Positions 52,443 through 64,000 of a DNA stretch of 64,000 nucleotides are shown piece after piece. Origin of the DNA: Catajapyx aquilonaris (Eukaryota). The stretch is taken from positions 1-64,000 of the forward strand of contig KZ538504.1 in the NCBI GenBank assembly GCA_000934665.2, written 5' to 3'. Each line of letters begins with the position of its first letter. The stretch's first letter is position 1. A program made the translations under genes and the position numbers. The notes under the pieces were generated by a model. The model did not search any database. It was given only the letters and a program-made list of their open reading frames with translations, and had not been told where the DNA came from.

Positions 52443-53995
52443 CTGTGGTATGAGATAATATTTTATTTCACACTACAGGTTTTAAAAATCCAATAACAAG
52501 ACAGTATGGTTCTAACTAGCCTAATCCCAGCAAAAAAAAACATTAACTTATATCTACAACCTACAAAATTATTCAATGCATATGTATTTTAAACTTCAGT
52601 TGCAAAAGAAAATCCACGTACTAATGGCATATGGAGTACAGTGTACAAGAGTTATTAGCTCTTGACTCAAGTTAATATTTTATTCAAGCTTCAGTAACAT
52701 ACTTTTGCAGTGATGTTAATGTTAATTCTTTCATACTGCATAGTCCCTTGGAAGATATCAGGTTTATAGTGCAAGTAATTATGGTACCTACCGTCCTACC
52801 CTCAACTCTTGTTCTGTTAAATGTCACTAGTATAAAAGTATTATCCAAATTAACCTTCTCTTGGGAAGGTGATTAATTAAGGGGGGGATAAAGATAATTG
52901 GGGAGTAAAAATCTCGCTAACTAACAACAGCAGAACCGATTATTTTTTTTGTGGAAGTGTAACTGACCTCTCTCTTACACATGTGTGAGGTACTTTTCCC
53001 ATATTCTTAATATAGTATTTCAAAAAGTCATTTGCATATGAGAGTAATTTATGCCGTTGTGAAATTTTAAGTGATGTCGTGACAACCACTCAAAAATCCG
53101 CAAAAAATTGGTGCTTCTGACCCGTGAAGCCGATTTTTATGTTTAGCTATATCCTCCTCAGACCCCCTGTATTGCAGGCCGTGATTGCAGGCAATACAAA
53201 ATTTCAAGTTCGTTTTGCGTGGGCGTGATGGCAGTCAGAAGCTCCACTTTAGAGATGGAGGGGTCTCTGGCATCTGCCCTCTTTAGTAAGAAAATGCATC
53301 AACTTGTGGCACTAGCAATGACTGCTATTGCCTAGATCAAAGATGGCGGCGCGCGGGTAATTTGAAAGTCGTGCCCAGGGAAATATTAAAATTCATAGAT
53401 CATGGATGTGTTTTTTTGGAAATCTTACTAGACGTATTTATGTGGTATAACTCAGGGAAGAAAATGTTGTGGTTGCAAGTCTGATAGTGTTTGTAACTGT
53501 GCAACTACAGCTACAGGTAAAGTTCAAGTATTACATGCAATACTTTGGGTCTAAATGCTAGTGTTACAGTGCCAGACCATAACAAAAACATTATTTACGT
53601 GAGCCCAAATATGTTCTTAACATGTATGTTGAATAAAACTCTTTCAGGTCTGAGGAGGATAACCTTTCGGCAAATAATAATTTTGTCAAAATTTGACTGA
53701 TTTGAGAACTACTAGAAGTTGGGGGAACCCTAATTTTCACGGTTTTTAATGTGCCTAGAGGGAATGGTCAACCGCAAACGCGACCCTTCTTTTGTGTAGC
53801 GAGGGTGGGATCGAGTGTCTCCTCTTTCGGCCAGAGTGGGAACTTGAAAAGGTCCAGATTTTCTATACCACCGCCTTAAGTGGGTTAGTAGGTGTTGTAG
53901 TACGATTAGCACATAACAGTAGGTAGTAAGGTTGTATTTCAATTAGACCAAACTTGGAAAGGTACTGTAGCCATGCAATGGTAATGCTTGAGAAA

Positions 53996-55150
53996 CAGTG
54001 ATGGGGAGTATCTAGATACAAGTATCTAGATACCGTATCTAGATACCAAAATGGGTATCTTTCATCTTATCTAGATAATTTGAAGTTTGTGTATCTATAC
54101 TTGTATCTAGCTACTTTACACGTAGCATCTGATGGCATCACCAGATACTTTTCCAGATACTTTTCCAGATACTTTTTAGGCGATTTTTCTGATGAAAACA
54201 TGATTCCCCTACACAGAAATAAATGCAGTAATGCACCGTTCCGCACTGGGGGTCAAATTTACACTCCAAGGCGGAACAGATTGTGTGATGAGCATTTTGA
54301 GGCCCTTCTCATAATGAAGACGTGTTGTATGCATGATATTGCTTAATGGTGCTGGTGGAATCATCCCTTAGCTATAGTTAGCTTCTGGCTTTTGTCTGTG
54401 AGCACTGCTCAGTGCTCACAGACAATATTACTGTACAAAGGTTTAATTTTTCATTACCAGACTGAATAATAAAACATTGTAAAATTGATAGCACTCATAG
54501 CAGTAGATTGCAGAGTAGCTTATTATACTACAGTGCCAAACGAATAAACTATTTAACTTTACATAATTATATGTTTCAATCCACAGTGAACCAGAGTATA
54601 ATATGTTATTGAGCAGAGTTATTCCCAAACTGTGCTCCGCGGAGCACTTGGTGCTCCGTGAAGCTTCTCCAAGTGCTCCGCGAAGAGGTTGGGAAAAAAA
54701 TAAGCTATATCCATTCAAATCTCCCAGTAGCTTGTGTGACCTTGAACCAAAAAAATTTTCGCCTGCGGCGCCCTTTCGCCACTAACCTTCCCATTTACTT
54801 ATTTGGCGCTGCCCCCACCCCCCTCCGCCCCCCAAAAAATTTCTGCTTACGCAGTTCGATGATGTTAGTGCTCCGTCACAAATATCTCTCCTGAAAAGTG
54901 CTCCGTGATTCAAAAAGTTTGGGAACCTCTGTTATTGAGGATGACAAATAAGTCAAAAGAAATATATTCGCTCGTGCCTGCGAGTCAGTATATCGTATAT
55001 GGAGTTGTATGGAAGGTATCTGAAATTGTATCTTATCTATTATCTAGATACAATGTTGAACGAGTATCTAGTACAGTATCTAGATGGAAATATTTCCAAG
55101 TATCTATTATCTGATCTAGATACTTTTTGAAAGTATCTTCCCCATCACTG
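53996..55150. mobile_element. hAT MITE with GTATCTAGATAC subterminal repeats
   Basis: TIR CAGTGATGGGGA / TCCCCATCACTG; 8-bp TSD TTGAGAAA. Confidence 0.9.
54614..54931. mobile_element. hAT (Charlie-like) MITE nested inside 53996-55150
   Basis: CAGAG..TTCCCAAACT / AGTTTGGGAACCTCTG; 8-bp TSD TTATTGAG; repeated GTGCTCCG. Confidence 0.88.
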
Positions 55151-55258
55151 TTGAGAAAGGTCCCGGGTTCGAGCCCAAGCCTGGATTTCCCTTTCTTATC
55201 TTATGCAGAGTTTAAGGCTCTCTCTGGCTTAATCTTGAGTGGGATTCCACTAGGTTAA

Positions 55259-55539
55259 CCCTGGAACCGTGCCGTACCTGAAAGTTATGGCAACCGTGCC
55301 GTGGGGTCTTTTCGGACCCCATCCATATTTTAATTTTTATTAATTTTTATATAATACTTTTCAATGTATTGACTATATGCAATCATTCTTTGAACTATGA
55401 CTAAAATAATCGCTAATTAAAAATAAATATGCACTTCCTGTTATACTGTAAAAAAATTGGCAAAAGTTCATTGTAATCATCATTTTAATCCATTTTAATT
55501 CCTTGGGGTCCAAAAAGACCCCACGGCATGGTTCCAGGG
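55259..55539. mobile_element. piggyBac-like MITE
   Basis: TTAA-CCCTGGAACCGTGCCGT ... ACGGCATGGTTCCAGGG-TTAA. Confidence 0.88.
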
Positions 55540-55670
55540 TTAACAACCCAGGGGAACTCACTAAAAGGCCAGTGTCAACATTGCACTTGGACCTGCATCT
55601 CCCCTCCCACCATTCTCCCTGCTCATGGGCCTGGGCATGATGCAATAAGGTTCCAAATGTGTACTATCGG

Positions 55671-55866
55671 ACGCAAAAAGAATGTCCGGGGAGAGTCTTC
55701 GTTCAGCCTGGTGGAGGCAAACCATTGCACAGATGTGTACACACACACTTGTGTGTACGTCCGTGCTTATCTGCTGAGCTTTTTCCCTCCTCCCTTAGCT
55801 ACCCAGGTGCAATGGTTTGCCTCCACCAGGCTGAACGAAGACTCTCCCCGGACATTCTTTTTGCGT
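55671..55866. repeat. Perfect 60-bp inverted repeat with a 76-nt spacer
   Basis: 55671-55730 is the exact reverse complement of 55807-55866. Confidence 0.93.
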
Positions 55867-55871
55867 GCCTA

Positions 55872-56182
55872 TGTACATCAGCTCCCTGGAACTCCCAGCC
55901 TAGCCTTAATATGGAGATGGTAGGGAACTTGAGAGAGCTTCCGGCACCCAAGATTTGGTGCTGCCGCAGCTCCACAGTCATCGATATGGTTCGGGCACAC
56001 TCTTCAACCAACCTAAACCATCCTTTCCCCTGGAGATGGATCCAGAGCACATTCGCAGACTCGCTCGCCAGCCACCCAAACTACCTCAATGACTATGGAG
56101 TGCCAGCATCGCCAAATCTGAGGTGGCGGAGACTCTCTAAGTTCCCTTCCATATCATAGGAGTTTCAGGGGCTGGTGCACAT
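55872..56182. repeat. Imperfect inverted repeat / old MITE
   Basis: TGTACATCAGCTCCCTGGAACTCC..AGGGAACTTGAGAGAG vs CTCTCTAAGTTCCCT..GGAGTTTCAGGGGCTGGTGCACA. Confidence 0.6.
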
Positions 56183-56212
56183 CAATACACGTCCATATGA
56201 TACACTGCCTGA

Positions 56213-56277
<65 letters not shown>

Positions 56278-56281
56278 AGTA

Positions 56282-56621
56282 TGAGAGGTGTGGTGGCCGA
56301 GATGGTAACGTCTCAGCATGCTGAGTGAAAGGCCCCGGGTTCGATCCCAGCCTGGGGAACTTCCTTTCACCTGAGTCGGGAGGGTCTCTGACCTGCACCA
56401 AGGAGGTGTCTGGCAACCTAACCTCCTGGGGGACTGCACAAGGCCCAAAGGCTTGGACATTGCACCTGCACAAGTGTCCCCTCCCCAACAATCCCTATCC
56501 CTACCCTATATCCCCAACTATTCCTTGCACGGTGACTGAAGAAAAAAGTAGAAAAAAATATTCTATATGGTGTTAATCCACTCCCCTATAAGCCCTAATC
56601 GGGCTATCACGGGGTAATAGA

Positions 56622-56694
<73 letters not shown>

Positions 56695-56696
56695 CA
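56282..56696 (+). mobile_element. SINE family C
   Basis: Full head and body, (AAT)n tail, TSD TTATTATTACAGTA. Confidence 0.9.
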
Positions 56697-56704
56697 TTTA
56701 TTAT

Positions 56705-57291
56705 TACAGTAAAACTTCGAATCTCCATGGGACCAAGAAAAAACTTCGAGTTATAGAATATTCGAGTTAGAGAAGTTTGGAAGAACAGAACTCTATAAGG
56801 AAGCCTACCTTCATATCCAGCGACGAAAGGTGTTCAAAACTTAAAAATAACTGTCATTATCACACTTACAATCTTCCTCATCGTTTTGTTGCAAAAAAAT
56901 CTCCGTTATGGACATTTGGTTACTCTTAGATTCAAGGATTCAATTGTCACAATCGAGTCAAACACTTCTTTCGGTATGTCTGGTAGACGGAGATCAGGAA
57001 ATTGAGCCTTTCTGTACATGTGGCCTACTCTCGACCCTTCGGCTGGGAAATTAGAAACTTTTCCGTACTCGCCAACATGAACTTCGACTTAGGGAGACTG
57101 AAAATTCATTGATATCCCGTCGTAAGGCCCTGCCTGGACTTCGAGTTATGGAGAACTTCGAGTTACAGAAATTCGAGTTAGGGAAGTTTATTTCCTATTA
57201 TGTTACATTGTGACCAACCAAGCTCGTCATTTTCGTCGACTTATAGAGAACTTCGACTTAGGGAAGTTCGACTTATAGAAATTTTACTGTA
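56705..57291. mobile_element. pogo-like MITE with TTCGAGTTA/TTCGACTTA subterminal repeats
   Basis: Ends TACAGTAAAA / TTTTACTGTA; clusters of the motif at both ends. Confidence 0.75.
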
Positions 57292-57304
57292 TTATTATTA
57301 TTAC

Positions 57305-57359
<55 letters not shown>

Positions 57360-57365
57360 CCGACG

Positions 57366-57633
57366 CAGTGGTGGCGGAGGGGATATGGTATCCGACTGCT
57401 AATCGGGAGGTCCTGGGTTCGATCCCCGGGGCCGGCAACCCTAACCATGGTTTTCTGTGGTTTCCCACTGTCCCTCCAGGTAAATGCCGGGGTTGTTTCC
57501 TAAAATAATAGGCCCCAGCCGCTTCCTTCCGCCCCTATCCTATCCCCAAAAGCGAAGTAAAAATGCAAAGAAAGAGTTCCAGTCAAAACAAAAACTCCCC
57601 CCTAAAGAGCCGCCGGCTGATAACGGGGTATGA

Positions 57634-57695
<62 letters not shown>
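57366..57695 (+). mobile_element. SINE family D (full length)
   Basis: Head AGTGGTGGCGGAGGGGATA..GGGTTCGATCCCC; (ATT)n tail; flanking repeat TATTATAC(C/T)GACG. Confidence 0.88.
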
Positions 57696-57700
<5 letters not shown>

Positions 57701-58326
57701 CTGACGTTTATCAGACCATATAGCAGGGGTCGAAATATTTGGATGCACAGGTGCAATTTGCACTCCAAAATTGTCATCTGCACTCCAAACTGAGCCTTGG
57801 AGTGCAAAGGTTGCACTCCAGTTGATCCTGCTTTTAAACATGACAATATCCAGTAATAAAAAATTAAGCACTCCAAGTATGTAATTTGAACTCCAGATAA
57901 AAGTCTGGAGTGCAAACTTTGCATCTAGACAAAAATGTTAAAATTCGACCTCAACCATATGCATCACTTTTGCAACCATTGCATTGTATGCTTCAAACTC
58001 GTTTTATGCCAGGGATTGGTTGGTTCCAGCAACATGCGGCGTAAAGTGAAAAGGCGTAAAACTTGTGGCATTTACTGGTTCTTGTACTTCCCGCCCTGCT
58101 CCAAATGAAACAAAATGTTCAAAATTTTCCCACAAACAATACTAATATTGCTGTTTTTAATGGTCAGAATTCGAAGCATTTAATACGCATATTTAATGGG
58201 AGCTTCCAGGTTGAGGGTCATCAGGTTCTGGGGGTGCCTTTCCATTTTTTGGCAAGAACTGAAGTACACGTAGTGCATTGTAACAACGGGTACAGTGCTT
58301 TGGAGAGAGAAGAGACCAATAATACA

Positions 58327-58329
<3 letters not shown>

Positions 58330-58397
<68 letters not shown>

Positions 58398-58736
58398 CCG
58401 GGGTAGTGCTTGACCTCATCTGAGGTATGCAGCACGGACCTTTATTTATTATGTCAAGTACATTTGGAGCCTTTATACGTAGCGCCCGGGCCCACGGGCA
58501 GGATGACAGGAGGGGATGTGCAAGGTGCAGTGCAATGTCTTAAACGTGGCCATTTTTAGTGAACTCCCCCGGGTGGTTTAGTCTGTGGAAATACCACCCG
58601 AGACGAAGCCAGAGGTAACCCTGAACTCTGCACGAGATGAAGGGGGTGTCCCCGGGCTGGGATCGAATCCGGGACCTTAACATTCGTGGGCACATCCGTG
58701 GGCGCATACGTTACCGCAGCACCACTCCGCCTCCCC
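58330..58736 (-). mobile_element. SINE family A
   Basis: Closely similar to 3912-4295; 14-bp TSD CCAATAATACAGTA (58316-58329 / 58737-58750). Confidence 0.92.
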
Positions 58737-59069
58737 CCAATAATACAGTACTGTATATAACAGGGCTATTCAACTGGCGGACCACGGTCCGGATCCGGAC
58801 CACAACCCAATTTTGTCCAGACTGCGACGATATACAGGACAGTTTCAAATAGCATTAGAAATTACTAATTCATAATTTTTTTGAAAAAGTCCCACCAATT
58901 TCATCAAATACACACCCATTCAAATCTCCCACATTCACCTAAGCTCGTGTGACCTTGAACCCCCCACCCCCCACCCCCCCGGGGATGTCTTACTATGCCC
59001 TGTCTTGATAGGCCCTTCTACCCTTGCTGCACATGTTTCTATTTCAAAAATGAACCCTGTGGTACCATA

Positions 59070-59262
59070 TAATAATAATAATTCATAATTCATACCCCGT
59101 TATCAGCCATCGGCTCTTTAGGGGGGAAGTGTGTTTTGCCTGGAACTCGTTGCTTTTCATTTTACTGTGCTCTTTGGGATAGGATAGGGACGGAAGGAAG
59201 CGGCTGTGGCCTATTAATTACGGAAGCAACTCTGGAATTTTCCTGGAAGGACCGTAGGAAAT
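59070..59262 (-). mobile_element. SINE family D (5'-truncated)
   Basis: Reverse complement of the 3' half of the 57366 copy, including the tail CCCCTAAAGAGCC..GGCTGATAACGGGGTA. Confidence 0.8.
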
Positions 59263-59897
59263 GTGGTACCATATAACATCCATATCTTTACCTAGGAGGG
59301 GGGGGAAGGGGGGAGGGGTTCTGGACCTTCAATGGCCCAGGAAAGGTAAATACTGGACCTTGTCATGAACTAGTTTAGGTCGGCAAAAATTTGCCTTTTT
59401 TCCCTCTAAACTGTAGGACTACTTCATGTAAGGACACTAAGGTATATGTACAGTATTTTTAAGACGTGCCTGTAACAGAAAATATACAGTTTTGTGGTTA
59501 ATATCACTGTTTCTTGGTTTCATATTGCCCTTATGACACCGGGACAATTTTCCCCCGTAAATGATCGGTTATCTGAACAATCAGTTATCCGAACACCCCC
59601 TGGGCACACTCTGCTTGGATAATCGATGCTCCACTGTAATGTGAAAAGGTGTCAAACGAGGAGGCGTAAAATGAGGTGTACCTGTACAGCACAAATTCTG
59701 CAGCTTTCTTTGTGCTTCTCATGATCTGAGCAAATATGCTATCATTCTGCAAAAATCTATTTCTCTCCCACCCACAGCTATGGTTAAAAACACCATAACA
59801 ATATGGTAAACTTACAGTAACTCATTATGAATGATTCCCAATTAAATTTCTTGAATTTATAAGCCAATATTAAAACAGCTAATGACCAGAAAGTTTA

Positions 59898-60374
<477 letters not shown>

Positions 60375-60437
60375 TCACTCCAGTAACTTTATCCTGGAAT
60401 TCCAGAGAGATTTCCTCATCACACTGTCTTCACTTAC

Positions 60438-60581
60438 ATCTTCAAAGTGAAGATAATAATATGGGTCATCTTCCAAAATCAGCAAATCATGCTCAGATGC
60501 AATAGAATAAATTTCCTTCTTCCTCTCCAAAGGAATGCAGGTTCCAGTTGGGTTGCCACCAGTAGGGCTCACATACATCAC
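60438..60581 (-). CDS. AADAT: Kynurenine/alpha-aminoadipate aminotransferase exon
   Basis: VMYVSPTGGNPTG..RKKEIYSIASEHDLLILEDDPYYYLHF (NPTG and EDDPY motifs); 144 nt; CTGCAG / GTAAGT. Confidence 0.95.
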
Positions 60582-61084
60582 CTGCAGACCCAAAATCCCA
60601 AATATTTTTAAAATATGACCATGAACGTACCGTACTGCATAATGAGTAATCAACAAGTAATGGGATGCTCATATTGTAGTTAATTTAGTGATGGTAAGGT
60701 GGGATTAGGTATTTTGGCCAGTTTAGCCTCAGAAATCAGAAAAAAACCATTCATTCTGAACAGCAAGGCAGTTTTGGAATTTCATGATGCATAAGCAAAT
60801 GCCACCAGGTTTAAGTGCAACCTGCCTGGCAAGATAATATAATATACAGCATTACTGCAGGTGGCAGGAAGGAACAGGTCCTTTTGCTGTAATAATATGT
60901 GAGGGTACTGTACAACTCCGTTCCTACAGAATTATGTTACAGAAAGTGTAGGATATCAAAGATATCTAGCACAATGAGGTTTATAAGGGAGGCATCATCC
61001 CAAACAATTTTGTTAGGTTGTATCCCTGGGTAAAGTGGACCTCAGATGAAATATTGGTCCCAAACCTATGATGAGTGCTTCTTG

Positions 61085-61397
61085 TATCCAACAGACTTCA
61101 ATAAACATCAGTTCACCTGACCACTTACCACTGACCTTGACAGGCACAATGCAATGAATTTTCACACTAGAGTCCCACCTCTGCTGAAGCCTCTCTCCAG
61201 CAGACTGGGAGTAGAGAAAGAGGTAGTTCTGCATCCTTTCTTCAGTTCCAGGCTGTTGGTGAGAGGAATCTTAACTCAGAGAGGCTCCAACAGAAGTGTG
61301 ACTCATGTGAAAATTCTTTGCATTGTACTTGTCAGGGTCAGTGGTAAGTGGTCAGGTGAACTTGGTGCTTAGTTTTGTGTTTGAAATCTGTTGGACA
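61085..61397. repeat. Intronic imperfect inverted repeat (~110-bp arms)
   Basis: AGTTCACCTGACCACTTACCACTGACC.. (from ~61110) pairs with ..GGTCAGTGGTAAGTGGTCAGGTGAACT (to ~61362); spacer ~80 nt. Confidence 0.85.
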
Positions 61398-61542
61398 CAG
61401 TAATCCAGCATGATGATGAACAACCTCACTTACAAAGTTCCAGCAACATAAGCTGACATATATCACATCCTATGCTTTGCAACAAAAATATATATATTCA
61501 AATTTTCGATCAGCTCTTGCAGGGACATAAAAATTATACTAC

Positions 61543-61659
61543 CTTTGGTTGCGGTTTTCCAGACTCCTTCCATGCAGCCAGAACTTTCTTAAGGAGGTCA
61601 GGTCTGATTCCATTTGCATCTTCCTCAACCATGAGGTAGTGTGGGTCATACAAATTTGT
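61543..61659 (-). CDS. AADAT: Kynurenine/alpha-aminoadipate aminotransferase exon (5'-most found in the window)
   Basis: TNLYDPHYLMVEEDANGIRPDLLKKVLAAWKESGKPQPK (V..D..G..P..L..PK segment); 117 nt; TTACAG / GTAGTA. Not present in the ORF track. Confidence 0.88.
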
Positions 61660-61809
61660 CTGTAAAGGAGATGAATAACTTGTAGCTCACAGAATACGAG
61701 CAACAACTTCTATTATTATTTCATTGATGTTTGGCTGAAAGCAGTATTCAATTGCTGTATAATTTACAAGTGTTACACAGGTTACAAATTGACAATTATT
61801 TCATATATA

Positions 61810-61980
61810 TACAGTTGAATCCGGATATAACAACCTCGGCTGTAACAGACTTTCAGTTACAACAGACCCGAAAGGCCGGTCCCAGCATACTAGCATAAGG
61901 CCCTGTGTATTTTACCCCTGATATAACAGACTAATTTCACCTCATCTCGACTATAACAGACAATTTCTTGGCCCCTCAAT
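61810..61980. mobile_element. pogo-like MITE left end (family of 35580)
   Basis: TACAGTTGAATCCGGATATAAC..CGAAAGGCCGGTCCC. Confidence 0.65.
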
Positions 61981-63299
61981 GAAAAATATGCTGTTTTTGA
62001 TTACTCAGCTTCCTTTCCCATGCGAGGAAAGCCCTACATACTGGAGAGGTGGTGATTTTCCCACCTGTCACTGCTTTAACACTTGCCAAAAATGTCAAAA
62101 TCCTTCTTTTTCTGGTATATTCGGCAAGGACGAGACGACAGAAGAAAATGATTATTTCTTTGGGTCCTACCTAAGTTAAGGGTGAGCTAATTTGGCATGT
62201 TTGTGGGTAGTTTCATTAATCAGTATGAAGTAGTGTGCATTATAAGCATATGAAAGCCGAAAACATGTGTAATTGTTTCAAAAGTGGCGATTTGACTATA
62301 ATATGGACGGTGTTATGCAATAATGGATCAACCCACAAAAATGTCAAAATTGAGTTAAGCCCAGGAACATACACCCAAAGGATAGTCCTTCACTCAGTTA
62401 AAATCAAGGTGGCAGAATCTGCATACTTCTGCCACAAATGACCGAAAAGTTAACTCACAAATGGTGTGCATGGACAGTGTTGCACAGGGTATACACACAT
62501 TTACATACATACTGTGCACAGATCCTGACATTTCTCAAAAACGGGTAGTCAGCAATGACAAAGGAGTCATATGTGAACCCCACAGGACATGTGTTACATC
62601 TCCCATAATGATATTTGCTTGGAGAGTTGAGATAATTGACCTCACACTACAGTACAAAATGCAGCTACACTGATGTGGAATCTTGTGACATAAAAGTTTC
62701 AAAACAATTATCATTTTGAAAACCTTCACCAGGTTTTTCATCCATCTGATAAAGTTAGCACACTACACACTACAAAGTTGTACTGTGCTACCTTTATCAG
62801 ATGGGTACTTTGATAGATTACCATGGCTGCTACTGTAGTTCTACAGTAGCAACCATGGTAATCTATAAAAGTGTTTATGATCATCACTAGCAGAGGCAAG
62901 CTGCTAGTAGACACTTTCAAAAAGGATGAACAAATATCCAGAATTGACATGTAAATATTCATAATATATTTAACAATGGGGAACTAGCCTTGGTCTGGGA
63001 TTTGGGATTTTTGTTCATAACTAGCTAGCCCATGCCCGTAAACATACATTCCATCACTCTGTTGCATCAAAATGACATTACTGGATAAATTACGGCACAT
63101 TTAAAAGTGCCTTCAAAATTGGCGGGAAAAACGCGGAGGCCAATCGAAAGGGTACACCGAAATGCNCCCCCCCCCCCCCCCCCCCCCTGTGTGTAGACAC
63201 TTGTAAAATTGGCAGGAAAAAAAGTTGAACCAAGGCTAGCAACCCCAGCGACCCACCAGTTGGAAACCACTGTCTTAGGGGATCCCCTTTCAAATTGCC

Positions 63300-63512
63300 T
63301 ACTTTGTTCATTCAGATCGAAATGATGATAGATTCTGAATCTGGAAGAAAATGGAAGAACTAAAAAAACAACAACCAAACATGGAGAAAACTCTTGCCAC
63401 ATGAGACAATCCTCTGTGAGGCTTCCATCTCTGAGGTCCCTCATTCAGTCCCGGAACGAGGGACCTCAGAGGTGGAAGGCTGTGGTGATAACAACTATAT
63501 CACCATGCCGGG
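63300..63512 (-). mobile_element. SINE family B (degenerate)
   Basis: GGGACCTCAGAGGTGGAAGGCTG..CACCATGCCG matches the head of the 43128 copy. Confidence 0.55.
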
Positions 63513-63559
63513 CAAAAGTTGCTATTTTTCTAAGTAGAACACTTCGGTTGGTTGGACTA

Positions 63560-63773
63560 TACAGGGTGTTTCAATTTTTTTGTCCGAACAGCTATCAGAA
63601 GTATTGCACTATAAGCTGCTACTTTGTAAGCAGTGACTTGCAACGGTTTGTCAGAGGAATGGGGAATATTCCCTGCGAATCTTAGGTTGAAGTGGCATAC
63701 ACTGCTTACAATGTAGCAGCTCAGTGCAATATTTCCGATAACTGTTGGGACACAAAAGTCGAAACACCCTGTA
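63560..63773. mobile_element. Palindromic Tc1/mariner-type MITE
   Basis: TACAGGGTGTTTC / GAAACACCCTGTA; inverted similarity runs through ~75 bp. Confidence 0.85.
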
Positions 63774-64000
63774 TAATGCTGTAATGTCCTGAGGGACAGG
63801 ATAGAGCAGGAAGCATGCAGGTGGGAACAGTGAGAAGCCAAGGGGAAGGGGTAATCATAACACACTTCTTCAACCATATGCTACAGTATATTCTCCCAAC
63901 TGACTCAATTCTTCCCTCCTCTCACAAAGAGCACCTTTTCTTCCCCCTGTCATACTGGGCCACCAGAAAGGTGGCCTGACTCTCACGTACACTACTGTCC

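Larger units (their letters stand above)
53960..55660 (+). mobile_element. Old family-A-like SINE split into three pieces by DNA transposons
   Basis: Head ..GCAATGGTAATGCTTGAGAAA | GGTCCCGGGTTCGAGCCC..GGGATTCCACTAGGTTAA | CAACCCAGGGGAACTCACTAAAAGGCCA..ACATTGCACT; the pieces become contiguous when the inserts are removed. Confidence 0.7.

Noticed and set aside
55659..56159. 166-aa ORF
   Set aside because: It lies across two inverted repeats in an intron and has no recognisable domain.

Overview
This is eukaryotic, AT-rich invertebrate DNA (probably arthropod), not prokaryotic, so most ORFs in the supplied track are spurious. I reconstructed three intron-containing genes by hand from GT-AG junctions with consistent phases. 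(1) A complete 4-exon gene on + (5917-8386, ~309 aa) for a single-Ig-domain type I membrane protein. (2) A gene with 2 coding exons on + (37699-40524, ~485 aa) for an uncharacterised single-pass membrane protein with no signal peptide, a Ser/Thr-rich N-terminus and a motif-rich disordered tail. (3) Five exons on - (52234-61659) of a kynurenine/alpha-aminoadipate aminotransferase (AADAT/KAT-II-like); I found no 5' exons in the window and could not place its short terminal exon. The rest is non-coding: at least six tRNA-headed SINE families (mostly with ATT/AAT tails), many MITEs (Tc1/mariner-, pogo-, hAT-, piggyBac- and Harbinger-like), two decayed transposase relics, a foldback element built from ~150-bp tandem units, and a young ~2-kb near-perfect palindromic hAT-like element. 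The most notable observations are a covarying 3' stem-loop shared by four SINE families, deep TE nesting, several long hairpins, and a shift from CpG-rich to CpG-poor sequence near 41 kb. I see no CRISPR array, rRNA or real tRNA gene, and I cannot support a claim of a new multi-gene system.
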